DNA of 47,955 nucleotides from a virus: IMG/VR virus record IMGVR_UViG_3300045988_175607, positions 1 to 47,955 of that record; one strand, 5' to 3'. Shown piece by piece: positions 27,546 to 39,063 of this stretch (position 1 is its first letter; each line of letters starts with the position of its first letter). The notes under the pieces were generated by a model. It saw only the letters and a program-made list of their open reading frames with translations, ran no database searches and was not told where the DNA came from. The position numbers and the translations under genes were made by a program.

Positions 27546-30500
27546 ATGGTGAGTTCATATTTTAATTGTCATAATCATACCTGGTACTCTAATATTCGCT
27601 TACTTTGACTGTATAAACAATCCCAAAAAGCTCATTGATAAAGCTATTGAATTAGGTCTTGAAGGTATAGCGATTACTGATCATGAGTGTTTAAGTGCGC
27701 ATATGGAAGTAAATCAATATGCAAAAAAGATTCGTGAAAAATATCCTAATTTTAAAATTGCATTAGGAAATGAGATATACTTAGTTGATGAAAGAAAATC
27801 TGGACAAAAATATTATCATTTTATATTGATTGCTAAAGATTTATGTGGTCATCAAGGTTTGCATGAGCTTAGTTCAGCAGCTTGGTATGGTATGTATAAT
27901 GATCGTAATATGGATAGAGTTCCTTTATTAAAAAGTGAACTTAAAGACATTATGCAAAAATATAAAGGTCATATAATTGCAACTACAGCTTGTATTGGTG
28001 GTGAATTATCGACTAAAGCTTTGGCTATGGTAAATGCCCAAAAGAAAGATGATATAGAAACCGCAACTCTTGCTTACCAAGATATATGTACTTTTATTCA
28101 ATATTGTAAAGATGTTTTTGGCGATGATTTTTATATTGAATGCGCTCCTTCTACACAGCAAGACCAAATAACAGTAAATCAAAAACTATTTAAGATTGCG
28201 CAAGCTTATCATATTCCTATGGTTGTAGCTACGGACTCACATTATCTAACTCGTGCCGATCGACCCATTCATAAAGCCTATCTTAATTCAAAAGATGGTG
28301 ATAGAGAGGTTGATTTATTTTATGAGTTTACCTACTTAATGGATGAAAAAGAGTGCCGAGAGCTACTAAATAAATCGTTTAATAATGATAAAATAATCGA
28401 CTGGATTTTTCAAAATACTTTAAAAATTAAAGATAAAATTCAAGATTATTCATTAGAAAAAACTCAAAGCATTCCAAAAGTAGAAGTAACATTTTATCCT
28501 CAAAAAAATCAATGTGAAGAGTATCCTATTTTACATCAACTCTTTATGAGTGAAAACCCGCAAGAAAGAGCCTGGGTAAATGAATGTATTGCGGCAATGC
28601 ATGAAAAGAACTTGACCGATAAGATTTATTATGAAAGACTTGAAACAGAAGCCAATGTAATTTTGACTATTGGAAACAAATTACACGATTGCCTTTTTGC
28701 ATATTTTAATACTTTTAAACATTATATTGATTTGTTTTGGGAGTGCGGGTCAATTGTTGGTCCCGGTCGAGGTAGTGCCACGGGCTTTTTATCGAATTAT
28801 TTACTTGGTATTACTCAGCTTGAGCCCGTAAGATGGGGCTTACAATATTGGCGGTTCCTGAACCTCGAGAGAGTCGAACTTCCGGATATCGACGTGGACT
28901 TGGCTCCCTCGCGCCGACCAGCTATTTTCGAAGCGATTCGTAAAGAGCGTGGAGAATATGGCTTAGTTCAAGTTGCGGCCTTTGGTACTGAAGGTACGAA
29001 GTCTGCAATCTTAACCGCATGTTTTGCAGAAAATACTAAAGTTAAAACTTTTACAGGAGAAAAGAATATCCAAGATATTACTAATCAAGATTATGTTTTA
29101 ACAACTAACGGTTGGGAAAAAGTTATTACTCCAACTGAATATATATGGAATGGTAATTTTGTAAAAATTAACGGAAATTATGGTTTTGAAGATACTGTTA
29201 TCGCTACAGATAATCATGAATTTTTAATACTACCTAAAACCAATGAACATAGACTAGATGGAGATATAAATTATCAAGTCATTAATTCTTTGGTTCCCGC
29301 TTATGCAGAATTATCTGATGGTAAAAAATCTAAATATCGTAATTATATTAGAAATATTTCTCCTATTTGGGTTAAAGGAAAAGATTTAAAAGAAAAAGAT
29401 TACTTATTAAATAAAATTGATGGCTGCATTAAAGACATTGATTTTATAAATTGGACAAAAAAAACTAAATCTAATAATTGTAATTTAATTAAAAATAAAA
29501 TTGCAATTAATAATAATTTTTGTGAATTATTAGGGATTTGGTTAGCTGAAGGTAGCTTGAACAGAAATATGTACTCTTTTACAATTTCTTCTCAAGAAGA
29601 AGAGTTAAAAGAGCGAATTATATATTTAGTAAATGATGTTTTTGGACTAACTAATCCCTATATTAGTTATAGAAAAAATAATTCAATCTTAATACAATAT
29701 ACTTCTGCTGACCTACGAGATTTTTTATACAATTTATTTGAAATTCATAATTTTTCTGAAATCAATCAATATAACAAATATATTCCCAAAAAATTATTAT
29801 ATATTCTTCCTCAAAAACAGTTACAAATTTTTAAAGGCTGGGTCATGGGAGATGGTTATTATCGAGAAAGGATTTCTCAAAAGTGGAGCGGCTCTAAAGA
29901 AGCAAAAGGAACAACGGTATCTCGTCAACTGTTTTTAGATATGAAACATATTTTGTATCGGAATTTTTTAAATCCTTCTGTTACAAAAGAGTGTCGAGAA
30001 GGAAAAGTAGATGTTTATAATATTTGCTTTAGCGGAAAAGTCGCTCAGAAAATAGGACAAATTAAATATAGTAATTATTCAACTGAGTTAAATATTGAGT
30101 GGGAAGATCGTTTAGGAAAGGATTTGCCCTGTGTTTATAATAATAATTTATACATGAGGTGTCAAATTACTGAGGTTCAAACAATTAAAAACCGACAAAA
30201 TAAAAAAGTCTATTGTCTTATGGTTCCTTCTCAAAATTTTTCTGTTTCAGGAGTAATCGTTCATAATTGTCGTGGCTATCGTACTGAAGATTTTCCTGAA
30301 GGTATTGATGTTGACACAGCCCAGTATATGAGTTCACTTATACCTCAGCATCGAGGATTTTTATGGCCTCTAAAAGATGTCATTTATGGCAATCCTGAAG
30401 AAGATAGAACTCCAGTAAAACCCTTCATTCATGAAGTAGAACAATACCCAGGTCTTTTAGATATTATGTTGAATATAGAAGGCGTAGTAAATAAAAGAAC

Positions 30501-32760
30501 TATTCATGCTTCTGGTGTTATTCTTTATGATAAAGATCATATTTTTGAAACTGCAAGTGTAATGCGCGCACCTAGTGGTGAATTAATTACATGTTATGAT
30601 TTGCATAAGGCAGAAAGCGCCGGTGATGTAAAATACGACTTCCTCGTGACTGAAGCTTGTGATAAAATTATTCAGTGCTACAATCTTTTAAGTAAGTACA
30701 ATGAAATTCCACAAATGGGGTTAAGAGATTTTTATAATCAATATCTCCATCCAGAGGTACTTGATACGAAAGATCAACGTATTTGGGATCATTTGAGCGC
30801 AGGAGATGTTCTTGATGTTTTTCAGTTTTCAACTGGTGTAGGCTTAGCAGTTGCGAAAAGACTTAAACCTCAAGACCCCATTGAGATGACTGCCGCAAAC
30901 GCATTAATGAGGCTAATGAGCGAGAAGGGTCAGGAAAGTCAACAAGATAGATATTGTCGTATTCAAAAAGCTGGCATTAAAGCTTTTGATGATGAAATGC
31001 GACAACATAATCTTCCTGAAGATATAATTCAAAAACTTCATAAACATTGTGATAGATATTATGGTTGCTGTGCTTTGCAGGAACAAATGATGGAAATTTT
31101 GATGGATGTCGCTGGATTCTCGTTGGCTGAGTCCAATGCTGCTAGGAAGGTTGTTGCCAAAAAACAAATGGATAAAATTCCTGCTCTTAAAGAGCAACTT
31201 TTTTCACGATTCGATGATGTTAAGGTTGCCGAATACGTGTGGGAAGTTGTGGTAGCGCCGTCCCTAGGTTATGCGTTCTCACTGAATCATTCTCTTCCTT
31301 ATTCATTCGTCGGTATACAAATGATTTATCTTGCCATTAACTTTAATCCCATTTATTGGGATACTGCATGTTTAATAGTTAATAGTGGTAGCTTGGAACA
31401 ACTTCCAGAAGAAGAAGAAATTGTAAGTATATATGAACCTGAAGATTTTTCAGAATATGAATACGAAGATTTGCCTGACCGCAGTGGCAAAAAGAAACGT
31501 CGCAGAGCCGCAACTGATTATGGAAAAATAGCTCGCGCAATTGGTGACATTCAAAGTGCGGGAATTAAAGTAAGTCTCGCTGATATTAATCGCTCAGCTT
31601 TTGGATTTGCGCCAGATGTTGAAAATAATCAAATTCTTTTCGGTCTTAAAGGCATTCTAAATGTTGGTGATGATATAGTACAAGATATAATTAATAACCG
31701 TCCCTATGTTTCAATAAAAGATTTTCTTGCGAAAATAAAAATTGGCCGTCGCGCCATGGTTTCATTAATCAAAAGTGGCGCTTTTGACTCAATGGAAGAT
31801 AGAAAATTCGCAATGGCTTGGTATATTTGGCAAACTTGTGATAAGAAAAATCGCGTTACTTTGCAAAATATGGCCAGTTTAATTAAATATGATATACTTC
31901 CAAAAGATGAATCAATATCTTTGGCTTGCCGCGCTTATGAATTTACAAGATATTTGAAAAAAATTTGTAAAAAAATAACATTGCAAGTTGTTAATAGGAC
32001 TGCTGAATTTTATATTTTAGATGAAAGAGCAGTTAATTTTATTAATGGATTATATGATGCAAATATTATATCTTATCGAGCCGTTGAATATAATGAACAA
32101 TTTGTTTTAAATGTTAAACTTTGGGATCGTTTTTATCAATCTGAAATGAATATAATTAGAGATTATATAACTAAAAATCAAAATGAAGTTTTAGAGTCTC
32201 TTAATAAAATTATTTTTACTGAAGATTGGAATAATTATGCAAAAGGCACAATTTCTGCATGGGAAATGGAAGTTTTGTGTTTTTATTATCATGAACATGA
32301 ATTAGCACATTTACCTATCGCCAAATATGGAATTAGCGACTTTTCAAAAATGCCTACTACTCCAATAGTAGATAAAACATTTAAGCGCAATGGGCGTGAA
32401 ATTCCTTTGTTTAAATTAACTCGTATTTGCGGCACTTGTATTGCAAAGAACAAAACTAAATCAACCGTTACACTGCTTACTACTTCTGGAGTCGTTGAAT
32501 TAAAATTCCGCAAAGAATTTTTTGCGTTATTTGATAAACAAATTTCTGAACGTGGAGCTGATGGCTGTAAACATGTTAAAGAAAAGGGTTGGTTTAATCG
32601 CGGCAGTATGATTGTCGTTACTGGTGTGCGTGTTGATGATATATTTTTAGTTAAAAAATATAATTCAACTCCTGGCCATACACTTTATAAGATTGATTCA
32701 ATTAATGATAAAGGAGAAATTAGTTTGATAAGTGAGAGATATAGTAGTGAAACTGCCTAA
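27546..32760 (+). CDS. dnaE: DNA polymerase III alpha-like replicative polymerase (PHP domain N-terminus); needs a +1 shift at 27606 and contains an intein
   Basis: RBS ggaaggaggg; frame 0 MVSSYFNCHNHTWYSNIRLL (PHP HxH..YS) stops at TGA 27606. The +1 frame continues DCINNPKKLIDKAIELGLEGIAITDHE... through the polymerase core (GRGSATGF) to 32760. Confidence 0.8.
29020..30267 (+). mobile_element. intein (416 aa) with LAGLIDADG homing endonuclease domain inside DnaE
   Basis: Starts CFAENTKVKTF, ends VIVHN followed by C; internal LGIWLAEGSL and KGWVMGDGYY. Confidence 0.7.
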
Positions 32761-33337
32761 ATATAAAATTGTTGCTTTTTGTGGCGAAGCAGGAAGTGGA
32801 AAAGACTTCCTGCTTCATAGGTTTATAGAAAATAATCCTTCTTATCATGAAATTATAAGAACAACTACTCGGCCTAAAAGAGAAAAAGAAGTGGATGGAT
32901 TGAATTATTATTTTATTACACCTGAATTATTTGCAGAAAAACTTTTGAGTGATGAATTTATTGAGGCAACTGTCTTTAATAATTGGTGTTATGGTACTAG
33001 TTATGATAGCTTGCGTGTAACTGATATCAATATTGGAGTATTTGATCCTGATGCGATTCGCGCGATTCTTTCTCATCCCAATGCCGATTTGTTGATTTTT
33101 TATGTTAAAACCAGCACTGATAAAATTCGTTTATTGCGGCAATTAAATCGAGAAATTGATCCAGATGTTAATGAAATTATGCGACGTTATCAAAGCGATA
33201 AATTAGATTTTGCTTCTTTTGAAGATGAATTTTTAGACCAATGTATAATACTTAAAAATGATACCACTGAAGATTATAAACAAGCCCTTGTATTAATGAA
33301 GCAAAAGATTTCTGAGTTTGGCATGAAAGAAGATTAA
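32747..33337 (+). CDS. deoxynucleoside monophosphate kinase-like P-loop kinase (start uncertain, 32732-32747)
   Basis: IVAFCGEAGSGKDFL resembles T4 gp1 dNMP kinase GxxRSGKDT. Confidence 0.6.
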   Translation: MKLPKYKIVAFCGEAGSGKDFLLHRFIENNPSYHEIIRTTTRPKREKEVDGLNYYFITPELFAEKLLSDEFIEATVFNNWCYGTSYDSLRVTDINIGVFDPDAIRAILSHPNADLLIFYVKTSTDKIRLLRQLNREIDPDVNEIMRRYQSDKLDFASFEDEFLDQCIILKNDTTEDYKQALVLMKQKISEFGMKED

Positions 33338-33421
33338 GGGCAAAATTTGTTTATAATTATATAAGAATTTCTAAATATAGTAGAAATCTTTATATACTAG
33401 TAAAGGAGAAATACAATTTTT

Positions 33422-34594
33422 ATGGATGTTATAAAAAGAAATGGCGTTCAAGTCCCTTTTGATAAAACTAAAATTGTTGAAGCAATTTTAAAAGCTTTTT
33501 TAGAAGTTGATGGCCAAATTTATGAAACCGATACCGCAATTGATATTGCTAATGACATTGAAAAAAAGTTAAAAAAAGAAAGCCAAAAAAGTAATGTTTC
33601 AGTAGAAGAAATTCAAGATTTAGTCGAAGAGTATTTAATGCGCTCGGAAAGATTAGATGTGGCCAAGTCTTATATTCGTTATCGCTATAAAAAAGAGATG
33701 GTCCGACAATCTAATACAACCGATCAATCAATTAAAGAATTGTTGGAAGGTAATAGTGATTATTGGAATAATGAAAATTCTAATAAAAATGCTAAACGCA
33801 CCACTGTCCAACGAGATTATATGGCAGGTATAGTAAGTACAGACATTACTCGACGTTTTCTATTAGATCAAGATATAGTAAAGGCCCATGATGAAGGAAT
33901 AATTCATTTTCATGATGCTGATTATTTTGCACAAAATGCTTTACATAATTGTGAATTAATTAATCTTGAAGATATGCTTCAAAATGGTACAATAGTAAAT
34001 GGGGTGATGATTGAAAAACCTCATCGTTTACTTACTGCAACTACTATTGCTACCCAAATTATTGCGGCAGTAACATCTTCTTCTTATGGTGGAGCAACAA
34101 TTTCTTTAACTCATCTCGCACCTTTTGTTAGAAGTAGCCGAGAGAAGTATATTGAAAAATATGCTCAACGCAGTCTAACAAAAGAGCAGATTATGCAATT
34201 TGCCGAAGAGGATTTACATAAGGAAATTGTTGATGCAGTGCAAACTTTTAATTATCAAACTAATTCAATGACTAATACAAATGGTCAAGCTCCTTTTCTT
34301 TCTGTTTATATGTATTTAAATGAGACAGAAGAATATAAAGATGAATTAGCTATGTTAATTGAAGAGTTTTTAAAACAGCGAATTTTAGGTTTTAAAAATG
34401 AAAAAGGAGTATATATTACTCCTGCATTTCCTAAATTGCTTTATGTTCTTGAAGAAGACAATATCGCTCCTGATACTAAATATTGGTATTTAACAGAATT
34501 GGCTGCAAAATGTACTGCAAAACGTTTAGTGCCTGATTACATTTCAGAAAAAATTATGAAGTCTCTCAAGGGTGATGTTTACCCTTGCATGGGT
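33422..34594 (+). CDS. nrdD: anaerobic ribonucleotide reductase NrdD, exon 1 (ATP cone plus N-terminal core)
   Basis: ATP-cone VIKRNGVQVPFDKTKI; ends ...GDVYPCMG just before the conserved CRSFL. Confidence 0.8.
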
Positions 34595-35114
34595 TTGTAA
34601 TTCTACTAGCTCATGTAAAATCTTTTGAACTGCGCTCGCAGGTGTGGCATTAATAATGCTGCTAACGGTTAGGTCTAGAACAGATGAGACCGTGGAAAGT
34701 TTAAATATTATGATAAAAGTTTACAGATATGAAAGAGAAGATGGCGGAGGACCTTGGTTTACTCGACAAGGCATTTGTAGGTTTGACCCTGAGTATTCAA
34801 TAAAAAATCCTGCTAATACTTTGTATGGCTGTATTTCTCTTGAATATTTAGAAAAATATTTTTCTAAAGAGCTTGGCGCAAATGAAAATTGCACAATTAA
34901 AGAATATACAATTCCTGAAGAGAATATTGTTCAATATTGTGCTGGTGATTATGGAGAAGTAGAATTTCATTTATAATATTTAAAAATCTGTATCGACTAT
35001 CCCTGATGAATGTAAGGGAGTAGGGTGAGAGATAAGCACTCACTCGAAGCGGAAGACAATTCAAAAAAGAATTGAAGATATAGTCAGTACCAATAGGGAT
35101 ATTGGAATTATACG
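34595..35114 (+). ncRNA. group I-type intron 1 (family A) in nrdD with a 110-aa ORF of unknown function
   Basis: 5' exon ends in U (ggT), intron ends in G. Core gcgctcgcagg...gctgctaacgg; 3' cgactatccc...gggagtaggg...caattc-aaaaaa-gaattg, aagatatagtcagtaccaatagggatattggaattatacg. Splicing joins PCMG to CRSFLTPDP (conserved NrdD motif). Confidence 0.75.
34644..34976 (+). CDS. intron-encoded ORF, unknown function (not recognisable as a standard homing endonuclease family)
   Basis: 110-aa ORF wholly inside the intron. Confidence 0.4.
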   Translation: MALIMLLTVRSRTDETVESLNIMIKVYRYEREDGGGPWFTRQGICRFDPEYSIKNPANTLYGCISLEYLEKYFSKELGANENCTIKEYTIPEENIVQYCAGDYGEVEFHL

Positions 35115-35690
35115 TGTAGAAGTTTCTTAACTCCAGACCCCGTAAATCATAAATATTACGGACGTTTTAACCAAGGAGTTGTTACGATATCATTAGCTGA
35201 TATCGCTTTTTCTTCAGAGGGAGATTTTGATAAATTCTGGAAAATTTTTGACGAGCGTCTTGAATTATGCCATCGTGCATTACAAGCAAGGCACGAAAGA
35301 TTAAGTCACGCTATAGCAGATGTTTCACCTATTCTATGGCGATATGGCGCATTAGCAAGATTAAATCAAGGTGAAAGCATTCATAGTTTACTGCATAATA
35401 ATTATTCTACTCTATCTCTTGGATATGCTGCTTTATATGAGTGTGTTAAATATATGACTGGAGAAAGCCATACTAAAGGTGGCAAAGAATTTGGTTTACA
35501 AGTAATGCAGCATTTAAATGATGCATGTAATAAATGGAAACAAGAAGAAAATATTTCTTATAGTGTATATGGTACGCCTATCGAATCAACAACTTATAAA
35601 TTTGCCACTTGTTTAAAGAAACGTTTTGGCAAAGATATTTTTATTAAGCTTGATGGTAAAGATAGAGATTACATAACAAATAGTTACCAT
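35115..35690 (+). CDS. nrdD: NrdD exon 2
   Basis: CRSFLTPDP...YGTPIESTTYKFA...ITNSYH, ends at the conserved TNS(F/Y)H. Confidence 0.75.
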
Positions 35691-36781
35691 TAACTGAAAT
35701 AGTGGCTTAATATAGTAATATATTAAGAAAAAACCTCGTGAACCCTTATTAAAGGGGTGTCCTTATTAAAAAGGGCTAACGGTTCAGAAGTAAGTGATTA
35801 CATTATGAGTAAGGAAGCCTAAGTCTTATGAGATATGGTAATACCGTGCTAAGTTTGTTTGTTTAATAAAAAAATATTTAAGAAAGGAGGGAAATATTTA
35901 AAGTGGGAAGACCACCAAAATATATCATTAATATTGGTGATATTTATGATGATTATAAATGTATAAATATTACACAAGAAAATGATGGCCAAAGAAGAAA
36001 AAAATATATTATGAAATGCCAAAAATGTGGAAAAGAAAAAGAAATGCTTGGTTCCACTGTAAATGCTCATAAAGGTACAAGTCATAAAAGCTGCGGGAAG
36101 GGTTTAGGAATAACTCATGATAAATACTTTTATCAAAGATGGCAATCTATGAGAGAAAGAACCTCTCCAAATTTTTGGAATAGAGAAAATTACTATGATA
36201 GAGGTATTAATAGCGATGCCTTTGAAAGTTTTATTGATTTTTATAATGCTATGTATGACTCTTGGAAAAAACATGTTGCCATATATGGAGTCCATGACAC
36301 TTCGTTAGAACGAATTGATGTTGATAAATCATATACTCCAGAAAATTGTTGCTGGATTTGTTTAGATGAACAAAAAGGAAACTTACAAAAAACAAATTAT
36401 TTTATAGTGCAAGATGTAAAAACCGGAGAAAAAATATATTGTAAAAATGCTTTACAATACACCTATGATAATCCTGAAATCCCTCATAAATACATATATG
36501 ATTTATTAAAATATAATAGAACTTATAAAGGCAAAAAATTTATAAAAATTACTAAACAAGAATTTGAAGATTATAAAAAATCTTCTTTAAACATTAAACA
36601 AACTTAAAAGTGTAACGACTATCGAAAGCATTTTATAAAAGAAATATTTATAAAATAAGTGAGTAGAGTAATTTAAATAAAATTAAATGAAGTGCGAGGG
36701 TTCTATATTTTGGTAATAGAAATATAGAATATGAGATAGTCTATTCCCTTAATAAATATCAGGAAACTGAGGGTATAAAAG
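35691..36781 (+). ncRNA. group I-type intron 2 (family A) in nrdD with an HNH homing endonuclease ORF
   Basis: Exon ends caT, intron ends aaaaG. Core aaagggctaacgg; 3' gtaacgactatcgaaa...gagtagagta...gagatagtctattccc. Splicing gives TNSYH-VPVFEEIDAF...SPGGAISYIE, matching E. coli NrdD TNSFHLDVE...PLANGGFICYG. Confidence 0.7.
35903..36607 (+). CDS. HNH-type homing endonuclease (HNH_3-like) with N-terminal zinc ribbon
   Basis: SLERIDVDKSYTPENCCWICLDEQKGN; CQKCGKEKE...HKSCGKG; GTG start with RBS gaaaggaggg. Confidence 0.65.
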   Translation: MGRPPKYIINIGDIYDDYKCINITQENDGQRRKKYIMKCQKCGKEKEMLGSTVNAHKGTSHKSCGKGLGITHDKYFYQRWQSMRERTSPNFWNRENYYDRGINSDAFESFIDFYNAMYDSWKKHVAIYGVHDTSLERIDVDKSYTPENCCWICLDEQKGNLQKTNYFIVQDVKTGEKIYCKNALQYTYDNPEIPHKYIYDLLKYNRTYKGKKFIKITKQEFEDYKKSSLNIKQT

Positions 36782-37162
36782 GTTCCAGTATTTGAAGAAA
36801 TAGATGCTTTCACTAAATTAGCTCTTGAGTCAGAATTTCAAGCATTAAGTCCAGGAGGTGCAATTAGCTATATTGAAACTCCTAATCTTCAAAATAATAT
36901 TGAAGCAGTAGAAACGGTTATGCAATTTATCTATAATCATATAATGTATGCAGAATTAAATACCAAATCAGATTATTGTCAAAAATGTGGTTACGATGGA
37001 GAAATTTTAATTGATGATAATTTAGAATGGTATTGTCCTAATTGCGGTAATCGTGATCATGAAACTTTAAATGTCGCGCGTAGAACTTGCGGCTATATAG
37101 GCTCACAATTTTGGAATCATGGACGTACCAATGAAATACGAGATAGAGTTTGTCATTTATGA
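36782..37162 (+). CDS. nrdD: NrdD exon 3 (glycyl-radical C-terminus with zinc ribbon)
   Basis: CQKCGYDGE...CPNCGN...RRTCGYIGSQFWNHGRTNEIRDRV (glycyl-radical motif RxxGY). Confidence 0.8.
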   Translation, partial: VPVFEEIDAFTKLALESEFQALSPGGAISYIETPNLQNNIEAVETVMQFIYNHIMYAELNTKSDYCQKCGYDGEILIDDNLEWYCPNCGNRDHETLNVARRTCGYIGSQFWNHGRTNEIRDRVCHL

Positions 37163-37632
37163 GATATGCTGATTTAAAACTTAATGATGTGGCTAATGCG
37201 CCAGGAGTATGTGTATCTTTCTGGGTTCAAGGCTGTCCACATCATTGTCCTAAGTGTCACAACCCTGAGACTTGGGATTTTAATGGAGGCAAAGAATTTA
37301 CTCCAGAAGTAATAGATGATATATGTAAAGGCTTAATTGCAAGAGGCATTCATCGTGATTTATGCATTCTTGGTGGTGAACCTCTTTGCTCAGAAAATCT
37401 TTTTTTAACTACTTTAGTTATTAAAGAGGTTAAAAAGCGTATGCCTTATATAAAAATCTATGTTTGGACTGGATATACATATGAAGAGTTGAAAAATTTT
37501 TCTGATTATAAAATAAAATATATATTGAACACTATAGATTATTTAATAGATGGCCCTTATATAGATGAATTGCGCGATATCACTCTTCCTATGCGCGGAA
37601 GCTCTAATCAAAGAATAATAGATTTGACTTAG
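37150..37632 (+). CDS. nrdG: anaerobic RNR activating protein NrdG (radical SAM); terminal TAG may be read through to TAA at 37678
   Basis: CPHHCPKCHN cluster; overlaps the nrdD stop (ATGA). Confidence 0.85.
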   Translation: MSFMRYADLKLNDVANAPGVCVSFWVQGCPHHCPKCHNPETWDFNGGKEFTPEVIDDICKGLIARGIHRDLCILGGEPLCSENLFLTTLVIKEVKKRMPYIKIYVWTGYTYEELKNFSDYKIKYILNTIDYLIDGPYIDELRDITLPMRGSSNQRIIDLT

Positions 37633-37688
37633 AAAGAAAAATATGCTATTATGTCTATAGAAAATAATGAAAAGGAGTAAACTTCAAT

Positions 37689-38222
37689 ATGGTGCCGCAA
37701 ATTGACACTTTAAAAGAATTAGAAACTGCTGATAAATCATATCAAGTTTATTGTAAAGAAACTGATGCTTATTATATTTGGGATGAACAAAATAATAACT
37801 GGGTAGAAATAGATAATGATGCGACACTTTCCTTTTTAGTATATGATATGAATAAGCAAATAATTTCACAATTACCCTCGCTTACTCCAGAAGAAATAAA
37901 AGAGAAACTGGCTGATGCTGTTGCAAAACTTAATGAAAAAGATAAAGCCTATATGCTTTTATTTAAAGATATGGAATATTATACACTTTTTATAAGTGAT
38001 TTTATTTTTGCGCGACGGAAAGATACTTTTTATTATGATGAGAATCTTTCTGATTCAATTGCAGAATGTCTTGCCGATCTTGCTCAAGAAGTAAAGGTAA
38101 TAGATGAATGTACTGTACCTGGTCTTCTTGAAATTTGGATTAAAAATTATAATGATGAAATTGTTTGCGGCTATTTCTTCCCGTATGATAGAGGTATTAT
38201 TGCGTTTGGAGGTTTAAAGTAA
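37689..38222 (+). CDS. hypothetical protein
   Basis: 177-aa ORF, RBS aaaaggag. Confidence 0.5.
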   Translation: MVPQIDTLKELETADKSYQVYCKETDAYYIWDEQNNNWVEIDNDATLSFLVYDMNKQIISQLPSLTPEEIKEKLADAVAKLNEKDKAYMLLFKDMEYYTLFISDFIFARRKDTFYYDENLSDSIAECLADLAQEVKVIDECTVPGLLEIWIKNYNDEIVCGYFFPYDRGIIAFGGLK

Positions 38223-38223
38223 T

Positions 38224-38478
38224 ATGATAGTTTGTACTATGGATTTATTCACTTATAATCATCATATTCTTCATGTTAATGAAGATAAGCAAGACCCTAT
38301 CGCTACTTCTTCAACAGATGATTGCATGGCCGCAATTATGTATGCAGTTAATAAATATAATGATAATAAAGTACATCTCATTGGCGCAGAATCTTATTGT
38401 GAAACATTTGCTGAAGGCTTAATAGATTTGGCAAAAACAGAATATAATTATAATAATTTAGAGGTTAAAATAAATTAA
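38224..38478 (+). CDS. hypothetical protein
   Basis: 84-aa ORF. Confidence 0.45.
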   Translation: MIVCTMDLFTYNHHILHVNEDKQDPIATSSTDDCMAAIMYAVNKYNDNKVHLIGAESYCETFAEGLIDLAKTEYNYNNLEVKIN

Positions 38479-38479
38479 C

Positions 38480-38722
38480 ATGAAATATCTTATATCAAGT
38501 ACCGATGTTTATAGAATAGATACAGTAGATGAAGTAGAAGCCTTCCATGAAGAACTTAAAAACGATTCCAGTTTTACTTTAAGCTCTTTTGGATATAAGA
38601 CTAAGCCAATTAAAGATCATGGCGAAATTATTGATGAATATCAATTAGTAACTGTAAAGAAAACCTTTAATCTTGAGAAAGAGCCTGAAACTACAGTTCA
38701 TATAATTTATGAGGTAGAATAA
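38480..38722 (+). CDS. hypothetical protein
   Basis: 80-aa ORF. Confidence 0.45.
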   Translation: MKYLISSTDVYRIDTVDEVEAFHEELKNDSSFTLSSFGYKTKPIKDHGEIIDEYQLVTVKKTFNLEKEPETTVHIIYEVE

Positions 38723-39063
38723 TGACCTCAAAAGTAAGATTTGAAACCGTAAAAAAATATTAGGGTCAAGATGATCTAATCCCTAAGCGCGCAACTACTC
38801 AAAGTGCAGGCTATGATATGATTGCGGCGGAGGATTATACCATTCAGCCCTATATAGATATGATTCGTGGGTATAAAGATTTCCCACAATCAAAAGTTCT
38901 TAGCCTAGATAATATGGCCTGTTGGACTAAACAAAGTGGGCTTAAACCCACTTTAATTTCCACAGGTGTAAAAATATATTTAAATTCTAATCAATATCTA
39001 AAATTAGTATCACGCAGTTCTTCTCCTCTCAAATATTGGCTTGTCTGTGCCAATTCAGTCGGT
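38722..39063 (+). CDS. dut: dUTPase exon 1 (motifs 1-3), one TAG sense codon
   Basis: MTSKVRFETVKKY-Q-GQDD...SAGYDM...TGVKI...RSSSPLKYWLVCANSVG; TAG at 38761. Confidence 0.75.

Noticed and set aside
34644-34976. Assigning the nrdD intron 1 ORF as a GIY-YIG or HNH homing endonuclease
   Set aside because: None of the GIY-YIG, HNH, LAGLIDADG, His-Cys box or PD-(D/E)XK signature motifs are visible; left as unknown.
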